This document shows, piece after piece, positions 25,695-34,475 of a stretch of DNA of 64,000 bases. The stretch comes from an archaeon (GTDB lineage: Archaea > SpSt-1190 > DYHY01), in assembly GCA_043803745.1 (NCBI GenBank), contig JAZDJS010000048.1, positions 4,385-68,384 of the forward strand, read 5' to 3'. Below the pieces are notes generated by a model. It was not told the DNA's origin, made no database searches, and saw only the letters and a list, made by a program, of their open reading frames with translations. The stretch's first letter is position 1. Each line of letters opens with the position of its first letter. A program made the position numbers and the translations under genes.

Positions 25695-26389
25695 TCCGGA
25701 GCCTGTTCGAAAAATCCCCCGAAGCGCGCATCGAACGGGAACTCGTCCCGTTCCTTCTCAGACTTTCGCGGATTCCGAAGGGGACTCCTGCAAGGGCCCT
25801 TGTGGGCAGGGCGGATGGGGGCGAAATAGGAAAGCTCCTGAACTCCGCTGAACGCGAATATCTGAAGGGTTCCGGCCGAAAGAGCCTGCAGGCGTGCATA
25901 CTGAAAAGCTTCGGAAGGTTCAGGGGGAGAAAAGTTAGGATTTTCGCGGAAACTCTCGTGACCGGAATCTCGAACAACTTCGACGCGGCTGAGCTTGTCA
26001 GGAAAACGGCAAGCGAAATACAGGAAATCTCCGCGATTGAGGAGAAGGGCCGGGCTGCCCGCTCAATCCAGAAATACACAATCCTCGCCTCCTCGGGATT
26101 TTTCGTCCCGTTCATCCTCGGCGCAACAAGCTCGATAATCGTCCTGGTTTCCGGGATTTCGAAGGGACTTGCCGGCTTTGGAATCCGGACAACGGGAAGC
26201 CCGGAGCTCCTTTCCGGGACCCTCCTCGCATACTCGCTGATCCTTCCAGGAATATCTGCGGGATTCCTTTCCTTCGGGATCGAATCAGAAGGCGGCGGAA
26301 GAGTCCGGCGCTTCCTAAGACTTTCCGCGCTGCTTTCGGCTTCCGCGCTTGCGGCTTTCTTAATTGGAAAGCGGCTGCTTGGCGTATGA
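25691..26389 (+). CDS. TadC/FlaJ-like pilus assembly membrane protein (second platform subunit)
   Basis: 232 aa. Its start overlaps the upstream stop (ATGA), and it has the same TM / soluble / TM architecture. Confidence 0.6.
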   Translation: MIRSLFEKSPEARIERELVPFLLRLSRIPKGTPARALVGRADGGEIGKLLNSAEREYLKGSGRKSLQACILKSFGRFRGRKVRIFAETLVTGISNNFDAAELVRKTASEIQEISAIEEKGRAARSIQKYTILASSGFFVPFILGATSSIIVLVSGISKGLAGFGIRTTGSPELLSGTLLAYSLILPGISAGFLSFGIESEGGGRVRRFLRLSALLSASALAAFLIGKRLLGV

Positions 26390-26526
26390 ACGCGGTGCCT
26401 GAAGAATTGGGGAAATCGGACAATGAGGTGAACTCCGCGGGGCGTCGCGGTCGAAGACCGCTTGTATTTGAAAGGCTGGAAGATTCGAGCGGAAAGGATT
26501 AAAAGGTTCGCCGGCTTCCAGTTGGA

Positions 26527-26700
26527 ATGAAGGGAAAAAAGGCGCTCTCAACTCTTGAATGGATTGTTCTTGCGGCAATCGCAATCCTGATGATAACCTA
26601 CGTCCTCGGCTACTGGTCCGGAATCTGGGGTTCGGCGACCGGGGCTGCTGAGAAGGCAAACTCTTCCTTCGCTTCCGCGCTGTCCAAGCTGTTCAAGTGA
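26527..26700 (+). CDS. Flp/Tad-type mini-pilin with a class III signal peptide (not in the ORF track, 57 aa)
   Basis: Translated by hand as MKGKKA|LSTLEWIVLAAIAILMITYVLGYWSGIWGSATGAAEKANSSFASALSKLFK. It has a basic N-terminus, an Ala at -1, Glu at +5 and an aromatic at +6 (Flp-like G/A-xxxxEY motif), then a 20-aa hydrophobic helix. Confidence 0.6.
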   Translation: MKGKKALSTLEWIVLAAIAILMITYVLGYWSGIWGSATGAAEKANSSFASALSKLFK

Positions 26701-26704
26701 CGAA

Positions 26705-27391
26705 ATGACATCCGCCAAGACCGCTTCTTCTGCGCCCTCTCCCGCCGCACCCGGCCCGGAGGACGCCCTTCTTTCGGCAATTTCAGCCGTCTTCGGCTCG
26801 GAGCCCCGGAAGAAGAATATCGAGATAAGGAAGCTCGAAGCGGAACTCCTTGCGGTCAAGAAATTGAAGTCGCTCGGATATTCCATCGAATCGCTTGCGA
26901 ACGTTGGCGCGAACAAGACGCCCTCGCTAGTCCTGAATGGGGGCTTGAAGGTCGATGTCAAGACAAGGAACTTCGGTAGCCCGACGGGTCTTGAGGATTT
27001 TTCGATAAAGAAGAACGGCGCGCGGATTTCTGACGTCGTGCTCTGCCACGACCCGCTTGCGGGAGCGTTCTACGTCTTCCTTCGGGGAGAGGTGAGCCAG
27101 CTCTGGCTTGACGGGGAGTTCTACTATGCTCCGGACTGCTTCTATTTTTACCCCTGGAAATCCAAGGAAGAGGCTGAATTTTACGCGGGAAAAACCCGGA
27201 AGGGCCGGGCGCGGAGCTGGGGGCGGCTTTTCTCTAACAAGGACCGGTTCCTTGACTGGTCTGACGCGGTCCTGAATGCGGGGATTGGTAACTTCAGGGA
27301 AGCCTGGGACAAGCTAAAGTCCGCCGAAGCCGCCAAGCCCGCAAAAAAGGAGAAGAAGGAGCTGGACGTTTCGGATATTCTGATGAGTTGA
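26705..27391 (+). CDS. hypothetical protein (possible pilus accessory protein)
   Basis: 228 aa with no TM segments; sits in the same orientation directly after the pilin. Confidence 0.45.
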   Translation: MTSAKTASSAPSPAAPGPEDALLSAISAVFGSEPRKKNIEIRKLEAELLAVKKLKSLGYSIESLANVGANKTPSLVLNGGLKVDVKTRNFGSPTGLEDFSIKKNGARISDVVLCHDPLAGAFYVFLRGEVSQLWLDGEFYYAPDCFYFYPWKSKEEAEFYAGKTRKGRARSWGRLFSNKDRFLDWSDAVLNAGIGNFREAWDKLKSAEAAKPAKKEKKELDVSDILMS

Positions 27392-27834
27392 AGTTAAAAA
27401 TGGGAAAAATTTTTCTGAGGGAAGTAAACACGAGGGGAGAGATTTCAAAGGAAGCCCTGATCAGATACAGGGTTTTCGTTGTCGGGCAGAAGGTCCCGGA
27501 GGAAATCGAGATTGACGCGCACGAGGATTCCTGCACGCACTTCCTCGCATTCTTCGGAAAAATTCCGGTCGGCTGCATAAGGGTCAGGCCGGTCGGAAGG
27601 AAGCTGAAACTTGAGCGGCTTGCGGTCCTTCCCGAATTCCGGGGGCGCGGCTTTGGCAGGGAAATCGTCCGGCTTGCGGTCGGATATTGCAGAAGGAAAA
27701 AGCCGTCCGGAATCTACATGAACGCGCAGTACTACCTTCTGGAATTCTACAAAAAGCTCGGGTTCGAGCCAAGAGGGAAGACTTTCTTCGAAGCCGGAAT
27801 AAAGCACGTAAAGATGGTCCTGAAGGCAGATTGA
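27388..27834 (+). CDS. GNAT family N-acetyltransferase
   Basis: 148 aa. Motif A LAVLPEFRGRGFGREIV (Q/RxxGxG/A) is present. Confidence 0.8.
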   Translation: MKLKMGKIFLREVNTRGEISKEALIRYRVFVVGQKVPEEIEIDAHEDSCTHFLAFFGKIPVGCIRVRPVGRKLKLERLAVLPEFRGRGFGREIVRLAVGYCRRKKPSGIYMNAQYYLLEFYKKLGFEPRGKTFFEAGIKHVKMVLKAD

Positions 27835-27835
27835 T

Positions 27836-29344
27836 TTGAAACCGGAGGATTTTGAGCGGGTAAAACCGGGATTCTTCGCTCCAAGGGGGGCGAAGTTCGT
27901 TGGCAAGGCGAGAGGCCTCCTGGAAACTGCCGACCTGATTCACGAGCTTAAGCTTTCCTATCCGATCCCCTCGATTTACATCCCACCGGAATTCGCCGAA
28001 GGGTTCCTTGAGAGGAACGGCCGTTTAGGAACTGGAAATGTGGGGGAAATGGAACCTGCACGATTTTCAACCGAGGAAATCTCCCTCCTCAAATGGATTT
28101 ATTCGAAATATGAACGATTCTGGGAAACCTGCCCTCGGGAATTCTATGGGCCTCTTGCGGTAAGGGGCGCGCTTGAGGGCGAGGATTCCCTTGAGACGCG
28201 CCTTCCGGGAGTTGGAAAAACCTGCTTCTCCTGGGAAGACGGGGTTGGCGAAAACAGGCCCGTCCAGTTCCTGAAGGCCGTGAAGAAGGTCGTTCTTGCG
28301 GGAGCGGGACAGCAGGCAGAGGAACTTGAAAGGGAATATGGCACTTCAGCAAGCCCAGGTTTGCTTATCCAACCGGCAATCGGAAGGATCCCTGAAAATC
28401 TGAATCTAAATGCGCGGCCGCATCACTCTTTCAAGCCGCTCTACGCAGGGCAATTGAACACTGCAAGGAGAGATATTGCGAAGCTTTCCGTTGTAAAGGA
28501 TAGCCTTGGGACTGCCGTCGTAGAAGACACTTTGAGAAATGTTCCGACCTTCGCATACGACAAGGGGGACGGACGGATAACTGGGGGTCGGGGAGAGCAG
28601 GAAGACTCCGATTCAATTGTCCAAGGGGAAATTCAACTCCATAGGGAAGCCCTCGTGTCGAACACAATTGAATCGCACGCTTTCCCCAAGGCACTTGTCG
28701 AAAGGGTTTTCAGGGACGGGCTTGAGCTTGAGAGGAGGGTTGGCTACGGGCCGGAGCATGGCGCGCACATAGAGTTCGCGACCGAGTTCTTCGACCCCGT
28801 AGAACCTTGGCCCCTTTGCATCCTGCAGATAGCTCCGATAAGAAAATTCAGCTCGCCGGTTGAAATCCCGGCTGAGGCTGCAGTTGTTTCCGGCGAGCTT
28901 TGCGTCGGGAGCTCTGACAGGACATACTCTCAGGCATATGTTCTGCCGACATATCTGAACATGCATGATCCCGACCTGAAATCCGCGACGCTTCTTCTTG
29001 CGGAATATGACCGGGCTCACGAGGGCTATCTGCTGGTTGTTCCGGACAGCTTCCTCAAGACGGGGGTTGAGGAGCAGTTCCGGGAAAGATTTCCGCATGC
29101 CGGAGGAGTCCTCTGCTTTGCCGACGAGTATCATCGGAGGAGCGCAGACACGCACTGGCTCGAGGGATACCGCGACAGAAAAACCCCGTTCGCGTCGGTT
29201 GTCGCCGAATATCCGAGGATGGCCCATCTGGGAATCCCGAACGACTTGTGGACCCCGAACAAAGGGCGGGCAATTTCCCTTGAGCGCCAGGTGAGGATTG
29301 TCACAGACGAGGATGCGGAAAATGTCTGGGTTGGGTTTGCCTGA
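27836..29344 (+). CDS. hypothetical protein (N-terminus weakly PEP-utilising / PPDK_N-like)
   Basis: 502 aa. The N-terminal region PRGAKFVGKARGLLE resembles the GGKxxxLGEL loop of PEP synthase/PPDK N-domains, but this is weak. Confidence 0.45.
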   Translation: MKPEDFERVKPGFFAPRGAKFVGKARGLLETADLIHELKLSYPIPSIYIPPEFAEGFLERNGRLGTGNVGEMEPARFSTEEISLLKWIYSKYERFWETCPREFYGPLAVRGALEGEDSLETRLPGVGKTCFSWEDGVGENRPVQFLKAVKKVVLAGAGQQAEELEREYGTSASPGLLIQPAIGRIPENLNLNARPHHSFKPLYAGQLNTARRDIAKLSVVKDSLGTAVVEDTLRNVPTFAYDKGDGRITGGRGEQEDSDSIVQGEIQLHREALVSNTIESHAFPKALVERVFRDGLELERRVGYGPEHGAHIEFATEFFDPVEPWPLCILQIAPIRKFSSPVEIPAEAAVVSGELCVGSSDRTYSQAYVLPTYLNMHDPDLKSATLLLAEYDRAHEGYLLVVPDSFLKTGVEEQFRERFPHAGGVLCFADEYHRRSADTHWLEGYRDRKTPFASVVAEYPRMAHLGIPNDLWTPNKGRAISLERQVRIVTDEDAENVWVGFA

Positions 29345-29359
29345 CTTGAGAATCAGCTA

Positions 29360-29608
29360 CTAGCGCCGAATCCCGCTGATTTTCCTTTTTGTTTCCAATC
29401 CGCGCGCGAAACTCGAAACATCGACGGGCTTCCTGATTTCTCCGGAAGGGAACACCGTCGCAATCTCGGGCCAGTTCCCGCCCTTGTCCTCGCGCACAAT
29501 CAGGATGTGGTTCAATTGCTTCGAAGCTGTCTGAGCTTCCTTGAGGGCGGTCGCCTCGTCCGGAAAACTGAACTCCCTCTTGTCCGGAAGGACGAATTTG
29601 CAAGTCAT
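29360..29608 (-). CDS. hypothetical small protein
   Basis: 82-aa ORF. Confidence 0.3.
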   Translation of the reverse strand: MTCKFVLPDKREFSFPDEATALKEAQTASKQLNHILIVREDKGGNWPEIATVFPSGEIRKPVDVSSFARGLETKRKISGIRR

Positions 29609-29636
29609 GTTTGTCTTTCCTCCTTTGAAAAAATAA

Positions 29637-30185
29637 CTAAAGCGCCCTGAGCTTGAGCCCGGAAAGGGCAGCCTTCACCTGGGCGAGGAATTCGATTGCG
29701 CCCTCCTTCGTGAAAGGGGTCATTTTCCCGACTGCGAACGAGTCTAGGTTCCCGGAGAACTGGAAGCCCGCCTTGATTACCCTGCTTTTCAGGTCGGAAA
29801 GAATCTTGTCCAGCTCAGCCTTCCTCTCCTCTGGCTTGATTGCAAGAGCCTTCGTCTCGAGCTTGAATGCAAGCGAGCTTGCGAAATAAATCCGGTCCTT
29901 GTAGATGACAAGCGACCCCTGGAAATCTCCGCCCGATTTGGCGAATGCGAGATTGTCGATTCCCGACGCGCCCAAGAGGATGTCCTGCGGACCTTTCAGC
30001 TTGAAAATCAGTTTCGTCAGGTCGGATTTGGGGCTCTCGTGCCTGATCGCGACAAGGCTTGAGAAACCTTCGCCCGCTCCAAGAAACGCCTCGGCAGCGC
30101 CCCTCAAGTTCGCCAAAAGCGCGTCGTTGACTTCCTTGGCTTCCCAAATTGCCCCGGGTGTAATTGCCATGATGGGATTCGCCAT
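29637..30185 (-). CDS. hypothetical protein
   Basis: 182-aa ORF with balanced composition. Confidence 0.45.
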   Translation of the reverse strand: MANPIMAITPGAIWEAKEVNDALLANLRGAAEAFLGAGEGFSSLVAIRHESPKSDLTKLIFKLKGPQDILLGASGIDNLAFAKSGGDFQGSLVIYKDRIYFASSLAFKLETKALAIKPEERKAELDKILSDLKSRVIKAGFQFSGNLDSFAVGKMTPFTKEGAIEFLAQVKAALSGLKLRAL

Positions 30186-30300
30186 TCCGCCCGGTTATAT
30201 ATGTTTTTTCAAGTTCCCGCCCCCAAACGACGATGTTTCCGGGTTTTTCCGAGAAGGCATTTATACGAAACGGCCCCAATACTGCCGAGGGAAGGCAAAA

Positions 30301-30594
30301 ATGATGCTTACAGTGAGAGAGGAACCGACGAAAATGGATTTCAGCACTTTCAAGGCGCGCGTAGTGGCCCTTGTGAACGAGCTTGACCGGACGGGAAACC
30401 GCGCCCAGACCCAGTATTGCGGGCCGGACAGCGAAGTCGACAAGCTCTCTAAGACAACGAAGCAGTTCTGGCGGGCGAAGATTGAAATAAGCGGACCGAT
30501 CGCAGAACACGAGGTGAAGGCCCTCCAGGAAAAGGTAATGCGGGACGAGGCAATCCAGGCGAAGCAGGGAATCATCAGCAGAAAGAAATTTTAG
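30301..30594 (+). CDS. hypothetical small protein (trimmed from the 229-aa ORF)
   Basis: An internal Met at 30301 gives a 97-aa product. The upstream 130 codons of the listed ORF overlap the opposite-strand gene and look like a frame artefact. Confidence 0.35.
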   Translation: MMLTVREEPTKMDFSTFKARVVALVNELDRTGNRAQTQYCGPDSEVDKLSKTTKQFWRAKIEISGPIAEHEVKALQEKVMRDEAIQAKQGIISRKKF

Positions 30595-32138
30595 CTTCGG
30601 GCAAGCTCCCTTACCGCTCCTGAAAAATCCGCGCCAGCGCCGAGATATTTCGTCCTAAGGACCCCGTCTTTCTTGCAGGCGACAAGCGCTGCGCCGGGCT
30701 CCGGGAAAAACAAATTCTCCCCGCACGTATACCCGCGGGCGTTTGCAATCCGCTCATATGCGTCAACGGCCCTTGGCGAGCCGTGCACCGGGAAAAGGAC
30801 GCCCGGGGCAACCGCGTCGATTATCCGCCCATAGGCTTCCCCGCACATAGGGTGCCCGCTCAGGCTGAAAACGTCAAAGGTTCCTCCGGGAATTTTCTCC
30901 CCCTTGTATGTTCCGCGCGTAAGCATTTCATGAAGCGGGCTGTCCTCCGGGGCGTAAACCGAATTGAGGATTACGATCCCTCCCTGACCGTACTTTATGT
31001 TGCCGGTCATAACCGCGTCAAGAAGGGACTTGGACTCTCCGGCCTGGCAGAATCCGGGGGAAACGACTGCAACGTGAAGTTTCTCGTCAGGGAAAGCATA
31101 GCACCAGTCGGCTGGGTTGCTGAAATTTCCTATCAGCGTTTCAAACGAATCCGCAAAAGGGCTCCCGTCAACGGCAGTGTATTTCACCCCGAGCCCGGCC
31201 CTTACAACGCAGTCCAGCTCCTCCCGGGGAATCCCGCTGCGTTTTATTGCATCTTCAATGAGCGCAATTCCCCTGTGGAAACGCCCGAGCGCGAAGTGGG
31301 GAAGGACGAGGCAACCCTTTTCCTTGGTTGAGTTCAGGCGCAGCATCGCGGATTTGACCGCTTCGACATAGCGCTCCTCGTTCTCGCTCCGGTCGTTCAG
31401 GTCAAGGGGCTTGTAAGCGGTTGTCATTTCCCCTGCGTGGATGTCCGCGTGCAGCCTTCCGAACTGGGCGAAATGCTCTTCGTCGAATTCCTCGTTTCCG
31501 GTTATCTGGGCGTAAATGTCGAAACCCGTCGAAAAAGAAAGGCCTCCTTGCGATATCCGGAAGGAAAGCTGCCCGGGCAAGTGCTCGTATCCTTCGGGCT
31601 GTTCATATGCCTCGATTCTCAACGGGCCCAGCGCCGTGCCAATCTCGATAAACTCCCCATCCGCTACAATTAGCTTGTTCTCGTCGATTCTTTCAACTGC
31701 CCATCTGGCGCGGCCGGCGGAATTCTTGGCTTTGCGTAGCTTTTCCGCGTTCCTTATTGCGGAGGGGAGTATTGCGTAGGTTTCACTTGACATTACGACA
31801 TTGGGGCTTTTCCCGCCAAGTGAGTAAAGGAGCCTGACCAAATTGCCATAATGGTCGAAATGCCCGTGGGAGACTAGAACGTCGTCAACATCGGTCGGGA
31901 GGACATATCCGCCGTTTCTGTTTGTGGAACCGCCGATGTCGACCAGGATTTTCCGAACGGGCTCGCCGGTTTCAGCCGAACAAATAGCAACCTCAAGGCA
32001 GGTTCCGGCTTGAATTTCAGTTCCTCCGAGGGATCTGATTACAAATGCGCCGTCTCCCGATTCGCAGTCCAAGGTATCCCCTTGCTTAAGGTTCGTTCTT
32101 AGTATATAAATATTCTCTACTTTCAGGTAGTCATTCAA
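30591..32138 (-). CDS. MBL-fold metallo-hydrolase (beta-CASP/RNase J-like candidate)
   Basis: 515 aa with the metallo-beta-lactamase motif VLVSHGHFDHYGN (HxHxDH), then Asp/His motifs later in the protein. Confidence 0.65.
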   Translation of the reverse strand: MNDYLKVENIYILRTNLKQGDTLDCESGDGAFVIRSLGGTEIQAGTCLEVAICSAETGEPVRKILVDIGGSTNRNGGYVLPTDVDDVLVSHGHFDHYGNLVRLLYSLGGKSPNVVMSSETYAILPSAIRNAEKLRKAKNSAGRARWAVERIDENKLIVADGEFIEIGTALGPLRIEAYEQPEGYEHLPGQLSFRISQGGLSFSTGFDIYAQITGNEEFDEEHFAQFGRLHADIHAGEMTTAYKPLDLNDRSENEERYVEAVKSAMLRLNSTKEKGCLVLPHFALGRFHRGIALIEDAIKRSGIPREELDCVVRAGLGVKYTAVDGSPFADSFETLIGNFSNPADWCYAFPDEKLHVAVVSPGFCQAGESKSLLDAVMTGNIKYGQGGIVILNSVYAPEDSPLHEMLTRGTYKGEKIPGGTFDVFSLSGHPMCGEAYGRIIDAVAPGVLFPVHGSPRAVDAYERIANARGYTCGENLFFPEPGAALVACKKDGVLRTKYLGAGADFSGAVRELARS

Positions 32139-32140
32139 GC

Positions 32141-32782
32141 CTAACTCTGGTTCCTGAGGAGTTTCGCAAGAGAAAACGCGCGCGAACCGTCGATTGCGAA
32201 AAGCGCCTCGGAAAGCCCGAACGGGGCAAGGTATGCTTCTCGCGGAATTTTCCCTGGGCCTTCGACAATGTGGCTTGCCCCCTTGAGGAGGAGGTTCCGA
32301 AGCCTTGTCGGGTTTTTCAATTCCCTGAAATCGGACAAGGTGAGGAAAAGGAGCGCTGGAAGGTCGGCAGGTCTTGGCGGAGAGTGCGCGCGGGCAAGGT
32401 ATGCGGGGCAGAAAAGCTGCCAGCTCTCGGCGCCGGAAAGATAGAGCCTGCGGTAAATCACGGCCGGTTTCAGCTCATCTGAAACTCTGACGTCCCTGAC
32501 CGAATTGTCGTAATCAACGAAAAGCGTCCTCTTCGCCGATTCAAGCTCCGGCTTCGCCCCGGATTCCTCAATGCATTCGCGCACTGCTGCAGCGGGGAAT
32601 CCCTCGTCAAGCTCGACAGCCCCCCCGATTCCTGAGAATGTTACAATTGTTCTCCCCTTTTCCGTCCGCCAACGCTTCGGCTTGTCAACCGCGAAAACGA
32701 GCTTCCCGGAATGCTTGAGGATTACCGCCGAGCCCAGCTGTGCATCCCTCGGGGCAAGTTCGGAAAGGGGTTTTTCGCCCAT
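32141..32782 (-). CDS. NUDIX hydrolase
   Basis: Nudix box GGAVELDEGFPAAAVRECIEESGA (Gx5Ex7REUxEExGU). The start is trimmed to Met-63 of the listed ORF so that it does not overlap the divergent gene at 32810. Confidence 0.75.
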   Translation of the reverse strand: MGEKPLSELAPRDAQLGSAVILKHSGKLVFAVDKPKRWRTEKGRTIVTFSGIGGAVELDEGFPAAAVRECIEESGAKPELESAKRTLFVDYDNSVRDVRVSDELKPAVIYRRLYLSGAESWQLFCPAYLARAHSPPRPADLPALLFLTLSDFRELKNPTRLRNLLLKGASHIVEGPGKIPREAYLAPFGLSEALFAIDGSRAFSLAKLLRNQS

Positions 32783-32809
32783 TGCGGGGAAAAGGGGGCG
32801 AAGTAATAA

Positions 32810-34177
32810 ATGCTTTCTCCCGGTTGGGCCCGGGAAATGGCGCTCAGTATTCCCGCTGGAGGGTTGAAGCTCGCCCTTGCAATCCTCCTTGCCGGATTTT
32901 TCGCCCTCCTTGCCGCGCGGGTTTCCGTACTTTCCGGGGAACCTTCCGGCTGGGACTATTTCTACCATGAGCGGGTTGTCAGCCTCTCGATTGAGCAGGG
33001 GAAACTCCTGCCGTTCGACCCGCTTTCCGCCGGAGGGAGAACCCAGACATATCTTCCGTTCTATTATTCGCTGATAATTGCGACTTCCTTTTCAACCGGG
33101 CTTTCCCCGGAAAGTCTCCTGCGCGCAGCTTCGCCGTTCCTTTTCTTCCTTGCCGCGCTCTCAATTTTCATTTTCTCCGGGCGGAAGGTTTCGTCGCTTC
33201 TCGCCCTTGCGGTTTTCGCATCATTCCCGGAAATTCTCATGTTCGCGGCAGCCTCCGGGCTTCCCTCGGTTGCGAGTTTTTTCCCCCTTGCACTCCTTCT
33301 GGCAAGCTTCTTCTCGGAGGGAAAAGGCCTTGGGTTCCCGCTCGCGCTCCTGCTTTCAATCGAAGTCGGAGAATTCCATCTCCTGTCGGCGCTGGTCCTT
33401 GCGCTTTTCTCGGCAGCCAATTTCATTTTCAGAAAGAATCAAAAGGCGCTTTTCGTTTCCATCGCAGGCCTTGCAATTCCTTTTGCCTGGAACAAATTTT
33501 CAACGAAAACAGTCCCTTTCTGGGGGCGGGCTCCGGGGCTTGCCCGCATCCTCGACCCGCCGTTCCCGCTCCATCTCCTGCTCCCGGCGGGGATAATCCT
33601 GGCCGACCTTGCGCTGAACTGGAAACGAAAGGACAAGCTTTCGGCCGCGGGATTCCTGGGCGCGCTAATACTTCTTTCATTTTTCTCGCCAATCCTCCCC
33701 TCGCGGTTCGTCACATATCTCCCTTTCGCGCTCGCCCTTTACGCAACAACCCTCGGGAGCTGGAAATGGCCGGTCTGCGTTTCCCTTGCGGCGCTCCTTG
33801 CCGTTTCCGGAGCGGGAACTGCCGGAAACCTCGGGCCGATAATTTCCTCCGAGGATAGTGCCGCAATTGGCTGGCTTGACGAGAACATCCTAGATTCCAC
33901 CGTTGTTGCCGGGCACACCGACCTCACTTCAGTCTTTCTCCTCGGGCATTCGATGACGATAATAGACGGCTATTCGGAGGGGCTTGCCGATGCCTGGGCG
34001 CGCCAGGAAGCAATCCGGCAGGCATATTCCTCCGGAGACTTTTCCGGGCTTGCCGAAAAATACGGGGCGAAATTCGTTTACACGAACAAGGCCGAGCACA
34101 GGTTCTTAGGGGAAACCCCGAAACTGCCGAAAAATGCGCTTTTCGACAACAATTACGCCAAGATTCTGGTTGTTTGA
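32810..34177 (+). CDS. polytopic membrane protein, possible GT-C-type (ArnT/PMT-like) glycosyltransferase
   Basis: 455 aa with about 11 TM helices in the first 330 aa, then a C-terminal soluble domain. Confidence 0.5.
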   Translation: MLSPGWAREMALSIPAGGLKLALAILLAGFFALLAARVSVLSGEPSGWDYFYHERVVSLSIEQGKLLPFDPLSAGGRTQTYLPFYYSLIIATSFSTGLSPESLLRAASPFLFFLAALSIFIFSGRKVSSLLALAVFASFPEILMFAAASGLPSVASFFPLALLLASFFSEGKGLGFPLALLLSIEVGEFHLLSALVLALFSAANFIFRKNQKALFVSIAGLAIPFAWNKFSTKTVPFWGRAPGLARILDPPFPLHLLLPAGIILADLALNWKRKDKLSAAGFLGALILLSFFSPILPSRFVTYLPFALALYATTLGSWKWPVCVSLAALLAVSGAGTAGNLGPIISSEDSAAIGWLDENILDSTVVAGHTDLTSVFLLGHSMTIIDGYSEGLADAWARQEAIRQAYSSGDFSGLAEKYGAKFVYTNKAEHRFLGETPKLPKNALFDNNYAKILVV

Positions 34178-34475
34178 TTCGCGCCAGTGAAATTTCCAGT
34201 GACAAAATCTTTATAACTGAAAAAGGGGCATGATGTCCTGATTGAAATGAGTGGTCCCACGAGTGGTGGTCTAGTTCATAGCTAGGCGGAAAGTAACATT
34301 CACACTCGAAGGAATTTTCGGTTTTGTTGTTCATCGCCATCCCTAGGACTTTTCCGGGACGGGCTTAAGGGCAGTCTTTTCCGGACCTGACTGATTGGGG
34401 TTTTCAGGATTTTTTTGATTCCTGGCAAAGAAAATACAGTAATGGAGATGAAAATAAGAATGAAGAGAGAAATGA

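Noticed and set aside
29905-30300. Upstream 130 codons of the 229-aa plus-strand ORF
   Set aside because: It overlaps the minus-strand gene 29637-30185 and looks like a frame artefact. It is trimmed to the internal Met at 30301.
32783-32968. N-terminal 62 aa of the NUDIX ORF
   Set aside because: It would overlap the divergent membrane-protein gene starting at 32810. The Nudix fold begins after Met-63.
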